Positions 54,583-63,677 of a DNA stretch of 64,000 bases are shown here, piece by piece (within the stretch, counting starts at the first letter, position 1; every line of letters begins with the position of its first letter). The DNA is taken from contig JBGSOB010000100.1 of NCBI GenBank assembly GCA_041739325.1, forward strand, positions 3,737 to 67,736. Direction: 5' to 3'. The notes beneath the pieces were generated by a model, which made no database searches, was not told the origin of the DNA, and saw nothing but the letters and a program-made list of their open reading frames with translations. Position numbers and translations under genes: made by a program. This DNA is from Treponematales bacterium (GTDB lineage Bacteria > Spirochaetota > Spirochaetia > Treponematales > JBGSOB01).

Positions 54583-56226
54583 TTAGCGCGGATCAGTCTC
54601 CCCAAGGGAGATATTCCATAACTCTTGCACGAAGCGCTGACCCTGGCTGGAGGCCGAATCGCGGTAGCGAAGTCCTGCCTCGTCCCCCGGGGAGAGAAAT
54701 CGTACCCCGTTCCCCAGCTCCAGTGGGGCAATGTAGAGGATGGAGGGCTCAGCCTTTGAAATAAAGAGGAGGGTTCCGTCCTTAAGGTTTTCCCGCACCC
54801 GCAAAACGCTGATACGGGCTAGGTTCAGCTTATCAGCAGAGAGCGAACGGCCCGAAAGCCCGGCAAATTGCACCTTGGCTTGCTCAATGCTTTCTCCCAT
54901 GGCAACCTTGTTCCCGCTCTCAACGTCGACAAAAACGAAGCGCTGGCGCTGAACCTCGTTCTTCAAAATCATGAAGTAGGTAGGCAAGCCGTCCACTTGG
55001 GTTACGATGGGCCAGGTTGCGCTCAGGGTCTGGGCCCGCACCCGCTCGTCGCTTTGTGCAATCTGCATGGCCCTCATTTCGGTAATGCCGGACATGGCGT
55101 AGCGCCTGGCTTCCTTTGTCCGCATATCCACCATGAGGAGGCCAACCGTGGTTTGATCGGTTTCCGCCGGCGAAGTCACCCCCGAGACGAACCATATCTT
55201 ACCCGAGTCCGCCCCGGAACTGGCCACGTAGTTGTAACCGTCTGAGATCTGGAAAACATCGCGCTTTTCTCCCCAGTCGCGATTAATCCAGCCGTTTTTC
55301 AGGCTTAAGCGGCTGTTAGCCTGCTTTTTAACGATATCCGTGGGCATGGCCCGTTCAAGCCAAGCGGGCTCATTACCCCGCGCCAATTTTTCCACCTTGC
55401 CGCTCACCGCGTCGATAAGGAGTATTCCCCTCGGCTCGGCGCCGCCAAAGAGCCCCACCTTGTTTTCGAGAATGGGGATGATCCAGTAGGGATGGCCTGA
55501 ATCGTCTATCTCAAAGCTATAGGGGCCTAAGAGGGATGTCTTTGCCACCGAGCGCGCGCGCCGCATGAGGTCACGGCTAAATACGGCTCCCGGGGTGTAT
55601 TTCATCCCGCCCTCAACCTCAACCAACCGCGCTGCCTCGGTGATCACGTCTACCTCAACGTAACCGGCCGTTCCGCGCGCCCCGCGATTTAAGGCGACTA
55701 AGGGGCCATTGTAATCAAGGGGCCCCACCCGCACTAGGTAATCCTTGCCACCGCGCCGCACCGTCTGCTGGGTGAAGTTGTCATAGAGAACCTGATACTG
55801 GGCCCCGTAAGGCCCCATCTTCCCCTGGGCTATCTTGTAAGAAATGTCCTTGTCTATAACCGGCAAAAGAAGCGCATTTGACTCTGTGGAAAAATCCTTG
55901 GCAAAGTCCCCCTCCCCTCGCTCCTCTACCTTCATGAGCTCGTAAAAACGCGCGGCGTTTCCCGGCCAGATGAGAGCGCTCCCCATTCCCACGAGGATGC
56001 ATAACAGCGTCATGCCGCCAAAGCCAAGAAAACCCAGGCCAATGGCCTGGCGCGGCCCCTTCGGCAAACCGAGGACTAAGCCTACAAGACCCAGCAAAAA
56101 GGCGAGCATCATCCAGGTTCCGCTGGATTGGAAGCTGTAGGCCGGGAGCATGAAGTAGTCAATGAAGAGCCAGAGGGCTAGAACCAGGACTCCAGCCGTC
56201 ACCAGGGCAGCTATTTTTTTTCTCAT
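54583..56226 (-). CDS. Hypothetical membrane protein (N-terminal TM bundle plus large extracytoplasmic domain)
   Basis: 3-4 N-terminal TM helices followed by a roughly 430-aa soluble region. I did not recognise a family. Confidence 0.5.
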   Translation of the reverse strand: MRKKIAALVTAGVLVLALWLFIDYFMLPAYSFQSSGTWMMLAFLLGLVGLVLGLPKGPRQAIGLGFLGFGGMTLLCILVGMGSALIWPGNAARFYELMKVEERGEGDFAKDFSTESNALLLPVIDKDISYKIAQGKMGPYGAQYQVLYDNFTQQTVRRGGKDYLVRVGPLDYNGPLVALNRGARGTAGYVEVDVITEAARLVEVEGGMKYTPGAVFSRDLMRRARSVAKTSLLGPYSFEIDDSGHPYWIIPILENKVGLFGGAEPRGILLIDAVSGKVEKLARGNEPAWLERAMPTDIVKKQANSRLSLKNGWINRDWGEKRDVFQISDGYNYVASSGADSGKIWFVSGVTSPAETDQTTVGLLMVDMRTKEARRYAMSGITEMRAMQIAQSDERVRAQTLSATWPIVTQVDGLPTYFMILKNEVQRQRFVFVDVESGNKVAMGESIEQAKVQFAGLSGRSLSADKLNLARISVLRVRENLKDGTLLFISKAEPSILYIAPLELGNGVRFLSPGDEAGLRYRDSASSQGQRFVQELWNISLGETDPR

Positions 56227-56328
56227 ACGCGCCTCCTATTCCGGATCTTTCTTTCCGGATCTATCGTTCTTTAGCTACGGATTACCCAATTCCAGTATAG
56301 TCTCTGTAGCCCTCCCCTGCCATTTTTT

Positions 56329-56357
56329 TTGACAAATGCCTGAGAAAGTCTTTTAAT
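56329..56357 (+). promoter_or_regulatory. Candidate sigma70-type promoter of the solute-binding protein gene
   Basis: TTGACA (56329-56334), 17 nt, TTTAAT (56352-56357). GGAGGA lies 11 nt before ATG 56382. Confidence 0.5.
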
Positions 56358-56381
56358 GGATGCTGGAGGACATAAAAGGCC

Positions 56382-57668
56382 ATGGCAAAAAGAACATCCG
56401 CCCCCTTAGCGACCCTCTCCCTCCTTATTGTGGCCCTCCTCCTCTTGTCAGCCTCTTCCTGCAAGAAAAAAAACCTGAGCCCGCAAGAGAGAAACCTGAG
56501 CCTCGTTCACTATTTTTCCGGCTCCCTAAGCGGCGGCATCGACGAGCTTGTCGCCTCCTTTAATTCAGGGCAGGAGGGAATCAAGCTGAGCGCCACCGCC
56601 CTTGATCACGAATCCTATAAAACATCCATAGGTGATGCCCTCGCCGGCGATAATCCCCCTGAGCTTTTCAGCTACTGGGCGGGGGCGCGCACCCAATCCG
56701 TCATAGAGGATCTGGAACCGATAGACGACATCTGGAAAACGGCCGGATTGGATAAGGCTTTTCCCGCGGCTCTCAGTAAGTCGGCTTGCGAGTACCAAGG
56801 CAAGAAATATCTTTTACCCATAACCCAACACTACGTGGGATTCTTCTATAACCGCCGCCTCTTTGAGGCCCTAGGCCTGGGGGAACCAAGGACCTGGGAT
56901 GAGTTTCTCGCAGTTTGCGCAACGGCTAAGGCCGCAGGCGTAAAAGCGCTGGCATTGGGGGCAAAGAACCGCTGGCCGGCCCAATTCTGGTACGACTATC
57001 TCATGCTCAGGGAATCCGGGCAGGAGATACGGCGGCGTCAGCTAGAGAATGAACTACCCTTCTCGTCCGGCCCCTCGACGCGGGCCTTCAAGCGTTGGAA
57101 GCCCCTACTGGATGCCGGCTATTTCAACCCCGACGCGGCGGAAATCGATTGGGACGAAGCGGCGCTTAGGATCTTTGAGGGCAAGGCCCTCATGACCCTC
57201 ATGGGGACATGGATTATCGGTTACTATAAGGAGCCCAACCTGGGATGGGTCGGTGGGGAAGACTACGGCTTTTTCCCCTTTCCCGAGCTTGACCCAGCCG
57301 TCCCGCGGATAGCACTTGGGCCGATAGACGGTATCATCGTGGCAAAAAAAGGCCGTGACAGCATCGGGGCAAAACAGGTCCTGGCTTATCTAGCGGGTCT
57401 ACAGGCTCAGGAAGCCTTCAGCTCAGGCTCAGGGGCTCTGTCGCCCAACGTCATGGTCCCCGAGTCCTTCTACTCGTCTATTCAGGGAGAGGTAACCCGG
57501 GAGATACGGGCTTCTGAGGGATGGGCCTTCAACTATGACTTAGCCGCTCCCCCGGTTTCGGCGGAGATAGGACTGGATCTCCTAAAGGCCTTTGTAACCC
57601 GGCCCTCAGACTTAGAGCGACTGCTTAAGCAGGCTGACCTGAATAACGCGCCGCACTTGAAAAACTAG
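56382..57668 (+). CDS. ABC transporter extracellular solute-binding protein (family 1, sugar type), lipoprotein
   Basis: Lipobox LLSASSC and an SBP_bac_1-like sequence (...FSYWAGARTQ..., ...MGTWIIGYY...). No permease or ATPase gene is adjacent. Confidence 0.8.
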   Translation: MAKRTSAPLATLSLLIVALLLLSASSCKKKNLSPQERNLSLVHYFSGSLSGGIDELVASFNSGQEGIKLSATALDHESYKTSIGDALAGDNPPELFSYWAGARTQSVIEDLEPIDDIWKTAGLDKAFPAALSKSACEYQGKKYLLPITQHYVGFFYNRRLFEALGLGEPRTWDEFLAVCATAKAAGVKALALGAKNRWPAQFWYDYLMLRESGQEIRRRQLENELPFSSGPSTRAFKRWKPLLDAGYFNPDAAEIDWDEAALRIFEGKALMTLMGTWIIGYYKEPNLGWVGGEDYGFFPFPELDPAVPRIALGPIDGIIVAKKGRDSIGAKQVLAYLAGLQAQEAFSSGSGALSPNVMVPESFYSSIQGEVTREIRASEGWAFNYDLAAPPVSAEIGLDLLKAFVTRPSDLERLLKQADLNNAPHLKN

Positions 57669-58603
57669 CACGGCGCGCTAAAGGCATCCAAATGCGCCAC
57701 CTGGGCGCGCACGCCTTCCGCGGAGGCGCGCAGGGCGGCAAGCTCCGAGGGGCTCAAGGCTATCTCCATAATCCCGGCCATGCCTTGGCGGCCAAGCTTG
57801 CAGGCTACTCCGCAGTAGACGCCGGAAATTCCGTACTCGCCTTCAAGCATAACCGTTGTCGGCAGAACGCGCCTTTTATCCAGCACGATGGATTCCACCA
57901 TTTCAGCGATGGCCGCGGCCGGGGCGTAATAGGCGGAACCGGTCTTAAGGAGGTTGACGATCTCCCCTCCACCATCCTTTGTCCGCTTGACCAGGGCATC
58001 AATTTTTTCTTGGCTTAAGAGCCGGCCCAGGGGCACTCCGGCCACCGAGCTGTACTCAACGCAAGGCACCATCAAGTCGCCGTGACCGCCAAGGACAAAG
58101 GCGTAGACGTCTCGCACTGAGACGCCCAGCTCGCGGGCAATAAAGAGGCGGAAACGGGCCGTATCCAAGACCCCGGCCATGCCTATGACGCGGTGCCGGG
58201 GGAAGCCGGAAATTCTATAGGCAAGCTGGGCCATGACGTCCAGGGGATTGGTAACCATGAGGAGAATCGCTTGAGGCGAATGGGCGCATACCTGCGCCAC
58301 GATGCCGGAAACGATCTTGGCGTTGGCTAAGCTTAAGTCCTCGCGGGTCATACCCGGCTTGCGCGCCATGCCGGCGGTTATGACCACGATGTCGGAATCT
58401 GCGGTGTCCGCGTAGTCGCAGGTTCCAATGAGCTGGCAGTCAAAACCCACGATAGGCGAACTCTGGGCTATATCCAAAGCCTTGCCCTGGGCCATGCCCT
58501 CCACAACGTCAAAGAGGACAATTGTATTGGCCAGAGACTTATCGGCAATAGCCTTGGCGGCGTTGGCGCCCACGTTGCCAGCGCCAATAACGGAAATTTT
58601 CAT
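57665..58603 (-). CDS. mdh: Malate dehydrogenase (LDH-like type)
   Basis: ATG at 58603 gives MKISVIGAGNVGANAA. ITAGMARKPGMTREDL carries the Arg that specifies MDH. The catalytic site is in GGHGD. Confidence 0.88.
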   Translation of the reverse strand: MKISVIGAGNVGANAAKAIADKSLANTIVLFDVVEGMAQGKALDIAQSSPIVGFDCQLIGTCDYADTADSDIVVITAGMARKPGMTREDLSLANAKIVSGIVAQVCAHSPQAILLMVTNPLDVMAQLAYRISGFPRHRVIGMAGVLDTARFRLFIARELGVSVRDVYAFVLGGHGDLMVPCVEYSSVAGVPLGRLLSQEKIDALVKRTKDGGGEIVNLLKTGSAYYAPAAAIAEMVESIVLDKRRVLPTTVMLEGEYGISGVYCGVACKLGRQGMAGIMEIALSPSELAALRASAEGVRAQVAHLDAFSAPC

Positions 58604-58626
58604 AGGCCCTCCCCCCAATCCCAATG

Positions 58627-60084
58627 TTATGGGCGCACTTGAGAAACGGCCCAATCCAAGCATGACTCAAGCATAGATTCCGGAGGGCGTTTAATAAAAC
58701 CCTGGTCTTCCATGGATTTCACCAAGGCCCGCGCTTGGCTGATATCTTCAGTGGCGCGCTTGATAAGCTCTTGGCGGCTGAGCTTGATGCGGGCAACCCC
58801 TTCCAGCTCGGCCTGCTCGGCGACGTCGGCAGCTTGTTGGATAAAGACGTCGGTCTCGGTCATCTTGGGCATAATGTTGTCCGGGTCTATGCCGCGGCGT
58901 TCGGCAAAGTCGGCTATCGAGTGGGCGGCGCGGATAGCCATTCCATCCGTAATCTTGTGGGCGCGCACCAAAAGGGCGCCCTTGAGGATACCGGGGAAGC
59001 AAACGGAATTGTTGACTTGATTGGGGAAGTCCCCCCGGCCCGTGCCAACGATAAAGGCTCCAGCTTCCTTAGCCGCGTAGGGGTAGATCTCCGGCACTGG
59101 GTTGGCGCAGGCGAATACGATGGACTTGGGGCCCATGCCGCGCACCCAGGCCGGCTTGACGGTGTCCGGTCCGGGCGTTGAGGCGCCCAAGAGAACGTCA
59201 GCGCCGCGTAAGGCGCTTTCCTCATCGGGGTAACGCTGCGGGTTAGTGGAGAGGCACAGCTCCCACTTGCGATAAAAGCGCGGATCGCGCTGAATGTCCG
59301 CGCGCTCGGCGTGAAGGGAGCCCTTAGAGTCGAAGAGAACGAGTTTTGCCGGATCCGCTCCATCGGCAATAAGCAGGCGCGCGATGGTTGTCATGGAAGC
59401 CCCAGCCCCCAGCATAACGATGCGCGCCTCTGAAAGCTTCTTGCCGGCAAGCTTAAGCGCGTTGAGGGTTCCGGCCAGGGTGACGCAGGCGGTGCCCTGG
59501 GCGTCGTCGTGCCAAACGGGGATATCGCAAGCCTCGCGCAGATCGTCCAAAACCTTAAAGCAGTTGGGTTGGGATATGTCTTCCAGGTTTACCGCCCCGA
59601 AGGAGTGTTGGCACATTTTTACGAAGTCGATGATCTTTTGCGGGTCGTTCTTGCCGTCAGGGCCGCGGGAATCGATGCAGAGAGGAACGGCATCCACCCC
59701 GCCTAGGTACTTCATGAGGAAGGCCTTGCCCTCCATCACCCCCAAACCTCCGGGGGGCGTGCAGTCCCCGTCCCCAAGAACGCGAGTGGAGTCTGAAACG
59801 ACAGCCACCATATTGCCGCGGTTTGACAGCTCAAAGGAAGCGTCGTTGCGGTCGCGGATGGCGGTGGAAACAGCCGAAACGCCTGGGGTGTACCAAACTC
59901 CGAACCAGTTAAAACCGAAGACCCCCGCCTTAGGCAGGGTCTGAATCTTACCGCCGTAAAAGGAATGGGCTTCCATGGAAAGACGTTTGAGGAATATCGT
60001 CTTTGCCTTGGCTATCTGTTCCTGACTGAAGTCGGCCGGAAATGCCGAATCCAGATTGTCCAATTCGTAGTTGATGCGTCCCAT
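58627..60084 (-). CDS. NAD(P)-dependent malic enzyme
   Basis: Malic-enzyme N-terminal domain (...VAVVSDSTRVLGDGD...GVMEGKAFLMKYLGGVDA...) and the NAD-binding segment VMLGAGASMTTIARLL. Confidence 0.88.
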   Translation of the reverse strand: MGRINYELDNLDSAFPADFSQEQIAKAKTIFLKRLSMEAHSFYGGKIQTLPKAGVFGFNWFGVWYTPGVSAVSTAIRDRNDASFELSNRGNMVAVVSDSTRVLGDGDCTPPGGLGVMEGKAFLMKYLGGVDAVPLCIDSRGPDGKNDPQKIIDFVKMCQHSFGAVNLEDISQPNCFKVLDDLREACDIPVWHDDAQGTACVTLAGTLNALKLAGKKLSEARIVMLGAGASMTTIARLLIADGADPAKLVLFDSKGSLHAERADIQRDPRFYRKWELCLSTNPQRYPDEESALRGADVLLGASTPGPDTVKPAWVRGMGPKSIVFACANPVPEIYPYAAKEAGAFIVGTGRGDFPNQVNNSVCFPGILKGALLVRAHKITDGMAIRAAHSIADFAERRGIDPDNIMPKMTETDVFIQQAADVAEQAELEGVARIKLSRQELIKRATEDISQARALVKSMEDQGFIKRPPESMLESCLDWAVSQVRP

Positions 60085-60188
60085 GGAGTCCCCCTCGCCG
60101 GCTCAAGGTAGCGAATAGTGGCTGAAGGTTCAAGGGGAGCTTGACCCCCGGCGGGAGCCCTCGTATGCTTAAAAGCGGGGGAAAAGGC

Positions 60189-60410
60189 ATGAAGATAATC
60201 GCGATGGAAGACGGGGCCCTCATGATTGAGACTACGGAAGCCCTCATTGATGAAAGGGGGCGGAAGCTTTCATCACCCTTCTACCTTTGCCGCTGCGGCG
60301 CCTCTCGCGCCAAGCCCTACTGCGACGGAAGCCATCGAGCCCTGGGATTCAAGGCGGATGGGCACCGCATCGAAGGCTCGCAGGCAAAAAAACCGAGTAG
60401 CCCAAACTGA
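60189..60410 (+). CDS. CDGSH-type iron-sulfur domain protein
   Basis: CRCGASRAKPYCDGSH matches C-x-C-x2-[ST]-x3-P-x-C-D-G-[SAT]-H. Confidence 0.8.
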   Translation: MKIIAMEDGALMIETTEALIDERGRKLSSPFYLCRCGASRAKPYCDGSHRALGFKADGHRIEGSQAKKPSSPN

Positions 60411-60467
60411 GGGTTTTCGCCTAGCGAAAAAGGCCTGAGGCTGGTAGAATAGGGATATGGATGGAAT

Positions 60468-61232
60468 ATGACCCCGGTCCTAGATAGGGGAACGCTTGAA
60501 CTGAATCTGAGCTTCCTCCTTGGGCGCAACGTCCTCTTTGGCAACCCGGAAATCCGCAACCTGGATAAGGACGGGCTCAAGCGTGCCTATTACCGCCGCG
60601 CCCACGACTTCCACCCGGACAAGGCAACAAGCAGGGGCCTAGACCCAGAATACCTTGCCACTCGCTTCCGCGCCTTGCAAGAGGTATACCAGACCCTGCT
60701 GGATTCTTGGCAGTCCGGCCGCATGCGCTATTTCTTAAACGACCAAGGGCTTGGCGCCGAGAAGCCGATACCGCAGGATGGGGAAAAAACCCGCATCTTC
60801 CACGCAGGCGCCGTCCCAGACCTCCGCCTGCGTTTTGCCCAGTTTCTCTACTACAGCAAAAAGATCGATTGGGACTCCCTCATCGCATCACTTACCTGGC
60901 AATTCCGCTCCCGTCCAAAGCTTGGGGAGATCGGCGCGGAGTTCGGCTTCTTAGACTACCAGGAAATCGGCGACATACTGAGAAACAAGGGGATGCGGGA
61001 ACTCTTCGGCCAAGCGGCCCTCAGGCTGGGCTACTTGGACAACTACCGCCTCTCCGTCCTCATGGGAAAACAGCGTATGATCAACCTTCCCATCGGCCGC
61101 TACTTTATCGACAAAGGCCTCCTCCTTCCCTGGGAACTCACTACAAACCTCAACGCTCTCCGGCTCCACAACATTGGGGTGGATGCCCGCGCTCTCAGAA
61201 GGTCTCAGGCTGAGCGAAGCCCGAGCGCTTGA
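60468..61232 (+). CDS. J-domain (DnaJ-like) protein with uncharacterised C-terminal domain
   Basis: LKRAYYRRAHDFHPDK contains the HPD tripeptide in a J-domain helix II/III context. Confidence 0.7.
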   Translation: MTPVLDRGTLELNLSFLLGRNVLFGNPEIRNLDKDGLKRAYYRRAHDFHPDKATSRGLDPEYLATRFRALQEVYQTLLDSWQSGRMRYFLNDQGLGAEKPIPQDGEKTRIFHAGAVPDLRLRFAQFLYYSKKIDWDSLIASLTWQFRSRPKLGEIGAEFGFLDYQEIGDILRNKGMRELFGQAALRLGYLDNYRLSVLMGKQRMINLPIGRYFIDKGLLLPWELTTNLNALRLHNIGVDARALRRSQAERSPSA

Positions 61233-61274
61233 CGCCTCCCTCTAGCGGCTCTATAGTGGGCCAGGAGGCTCATT

Positions 61275-62129
61275 ATGCATAAGTTCATGGCGCTCAAGCG
61301 CTTAACGGCGCCGCTCGTCGCCATCGCCCTCTATCCAGCTCTCCTTGCCCTTTCCTGCGCTCCCGCCAGCAAGACATTGGAACTCAAGGATGCCGCAAAG
61401 ACAAAAAACATGGCTATTTCCGCCAAGGGGACGGAGGAATTCAATACAGTCCACCTTCAGATCCGCAACGACACGGGGGCGGATCGGAACATTCACATTC
61501 CCATCGGTACCGTCTTGAGCGTCAGCCAGGGCAATTTCCAGCCCATGGTGATAGCCGGCGACGTGGAGATACTGGCTCCTGCGGGGCAGACGGTGGAAAT
61601 GAATCTTCCAAGCTACAGCTTAAGCTTCCATAAGGACCTACCTGGGGAAGATGAGCTCTTTGAGTTAAAAAAATACAAGGCAAACAAGGATTCGGACATC
61701 GGGAAGATACTCAGCTACCTCATGAGTGATGAGGGCTTGGCAAGTTATCCGAGCGACGACCCCAACAACGTGACCATCGCCCAACAAGCTATCTGGCTTG
61801 TCACCGACGGTATCGATTACGGCAGCAACATCGGCTATGTCGTCGACTCCATGATGTTCACTACCATTCTCCAAGCCAACCCGATGATCGTCTCCCTCTT
61901 CATAGAAGACGTTGCCTCTATTTCCAGCGAGGAAGCGGCTCAAGAGGCAATCTTCGACCTGGTGCGCAACAAGGAAGCCCTACGCTCCAAGCTACAGATG
62001 GTCTTTGCGGATCGCTACCAGGAAGCCGCCGACCAAGTCAGGGCAAACCTTGAAGAGCAGGTAGGGCCTGCATTCAAGACATCGATATCCGACTTCCTAG
62101 CCAAGGCCGGTGTGGCGCGGGTCTACTAA
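61275..62129 (+). CDS. Hypothetical lipoprotein
   Basis: Signal and lipobox ...LLALSC. I did not recognise a family. Confidence 0.5.
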   Translation: MHKFMALKRLTAPLVAIALYPALLALSCAPASKTLELKDAAKTKNMAISAKGTEEFNTVHLQIRNDTGADRNIHIPIGTVLSVSQGNFQPMVIAGDVEILAPAGQTVEMNLPSYSLSFHKDLPGEDELFELKKYKANKDSDIGKILSYLMSDEGLASYPSDDPNNVTIAQQAIWLVTDGIDYGSNIGYVVDSMMFTTILQANPMIVSLFIEDVASISSEEAAQEAIFDLVRNKEALRSKLQMVFADRYQEAADQVRANLEEQVGPAFKTSISDFLAKAGVARVY

Positions 62130-62152
62130 ACTCGGCAAGAAGGGCCGCCCCC

Positions 62153-62689
62153 ATGGATAAGGCAAGTTTTAAGCCCGTCGGTTCCGTTCTCTCCTCCTAT
62201 ATGGATGAAACCTTGGCGGCGAAGGCCGGCAAGGTTTCCAGCTTTTTTAAAAGCTGGAGAAATATCGCCGGCGCCCGCCTCTGCGACCACTCGCGGGTGG
62301 TGGAGGTAGAGAAGGGTATCGTCATCGTTGAGGCGGAGCATCCCTCCTGGATACAACTCCTACAGATGCGGCAGGAGGAGATGCTCATCTCAATGCAAAA
62401 GGGCTGGCCCGAACTCCAGATCCGCGGCATAGCCTTTAGGCTGCCCAGGGAGGGGCGCTCTGCCGTCACGGGCGGGTCAGATGCAGAAACTGCAGAAGAC
62501 ATCCGCGCGGCGGATAAACAAGCGGAGGCCCTCCGTCAGGGAGAAGCGCTGCAAGATGAGCCCCTTGCCCCGCCAAAAACGCGACCCATCCGAGACGAAA
62601 AACTCGCCTCCGCCTTGGAAAGACTGAGGAAGACTATCCGCGAACGGGGCAAAGACGCAGGCCGACCAAAGGAAGACCCAAGCGCCTAG
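62153..62689 (+). CDS. DUF721 / DciA-like protein
   Basis: ...WRNIAGARLCDHSRVVEVEKGIVIVEAEHPSWIQLLQMRQEEML... resembles the DUF721 core, followed by a charged C-terminal tail. Confidence 0.55.
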   Translation: MDKASFKPVGSVLSSYMDETLAAKAGKVSSFFKSWRNIAGARLCDHSRVVEVEKGIVIVEAEHPSWIQLLQMRQEEMLISMQKGWPELQIRGIAFRLPREGRSAVTGGSDAETAEDIRAADKQAEALRQGEALQDEPLAPPKTRPIRDEKLASALERLRKTIRERGKDAGRPKEDPSA

Positions 62690-63423
62690 TAGAGGTGGCC
62701 CATCCGGGCGCGCTTTGTCTCCAGGTACTCGCTATCGTGTGGGTTCGGCTCGGCAACAATGCTGATGCGTTGGCTGATATCGATTCCGCAAGCCTTGAGC
62801 TTTTCAACCTTGTCCGGGTTGTTTGTCATGAGGGCCACGGACTTTATCCCCAAAAGTTCTATGATGCGGGCGGCAACGGCGTAGTCGCGGGCGTCATCCG
62901 GGAAACCCAGGTAGCGATTGGCCTCCACCGTGTCCAAACCCAATTCCTGCAAACGATATGCCTTAATCTTGTTCAGCAGGCCGATACCGCGACCCTCTTG
63001 CTTCATATAAACCACCACGCCCCGACCGCGGCGCTCGATCTCCCGCAGAGCCGCTTCCAGTTGCTCGCGGCAATCGCAGCGTAGGCTGCCGAATACGTCG
63101 CCTGTGTGGCATTGGGAATGGACGCGCAGCGGCACGTCTACGCCATCACGCACATCGCCCTTAATAATGGCCGTGTGCTCCTTGTCGTGCTTGGCGTCAT
63201 AGAAACCGCAAATCTCAAAGTCGCCAAAACGGGTGGGCAACTTTGCCCGGGCAGCCAACTGGACGCAGAGCCCGCCGTCTTGGCAGTAGGCCCCCTTGCC
63301 CATGCAATAGTGCTCGTCAAGAACGAAATCCGGCTGGCCCTTGAGCTTAGCCTCTAAGTCTTCTTTTGTTGAGGTGTTGTCGCAATCAGCCAAGAGCTCA
63401 TCACGGTCTTTTACGATATCCAT
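62686..63423 (-). CDS. ribA: GTP cyclohydrolase II with about 45-aa Cys-containing N-terminal extension
   Basis: RVHSQCHTGDVFGSLRCDCREQLEAAL (zinc Cys triad) and VVYMKQEGRGIGLLNKIKAYRLQ. Confidence 0.88.
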   Translation of the reverse strand: MDIVKDRDELLADCDNTSTKEDLEAKLKGQPDFVLDEHYCMGKGAYCQDGGLCVQLAARAKLPTRFGDFEICGFYDAKHDKEHTAIIKGDVRDGVDVPLRVHSQCHTGDVFGSLRCDCREQLEAALREIERRGRGVVVYMKQEGRGIGLLNKIKAYRLQELGLDTVEANRYLGFPDDARDYAVAARIIELLGIKSVALMTNNPDKVEKLKACGIDISQRISIVAEPNPHDSEYLETKRARMGHLY

Positions 63424-63501
63424 ATATGACTCCTTATACCTAGGGGATAAGATACGAAAAAACCAAAAGCGGGTGTAGTGGAAAGGCCGCGCTATTCAGA
63501 T

Positions 63502-63533
63502 AAAAAAAGCCAAGGATCAAATCGATCCTTGGC
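63502..63533 (-). terminator. Rho-independent terminator of the upstream permease operon
   Basis: The minus strand reads GCCAAGGATC-GATTT-GATCCTTGGC (10-bp perfect stem) followed by T7. Confidence 0.85.
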
Positions 63534-63575
63534 TTGGGGCTACAAATGGGGGCTAGGTATTCTTGCGGTGCTCAA

Positions 63576-63677
63576 CCCTTAACGGCGCCAGCGCCCCGCT
63601 GGCCAGAAACGCTATAAATCTTCTATCCCTTAACGGCGCCAGCGGCCCGCTGGCAAAAATCGCTATAAGCCTTCTAT
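63576..63677. repeat. Two tandem 51-bp repeats that re-copy the last roughly 21 nt plus stop codon of the permease gene
   Basis: Units at 63576-63626 and 63627-63677 match at 45/51 positions. Each contains a GCCAGCG(G)-loop-(C)CGCTGGC hairpin. A third partial copy (63678-63698, 19/21) is the actual gene end. Confidence 0.9.

Noticed and set aside
63424-63501. FMN riboswitch upstream of ribA.
   Set aside because: Only about 75 nt are available between the upstream terminator and the start codon, and none of the conserved FMN-element segments is visible.
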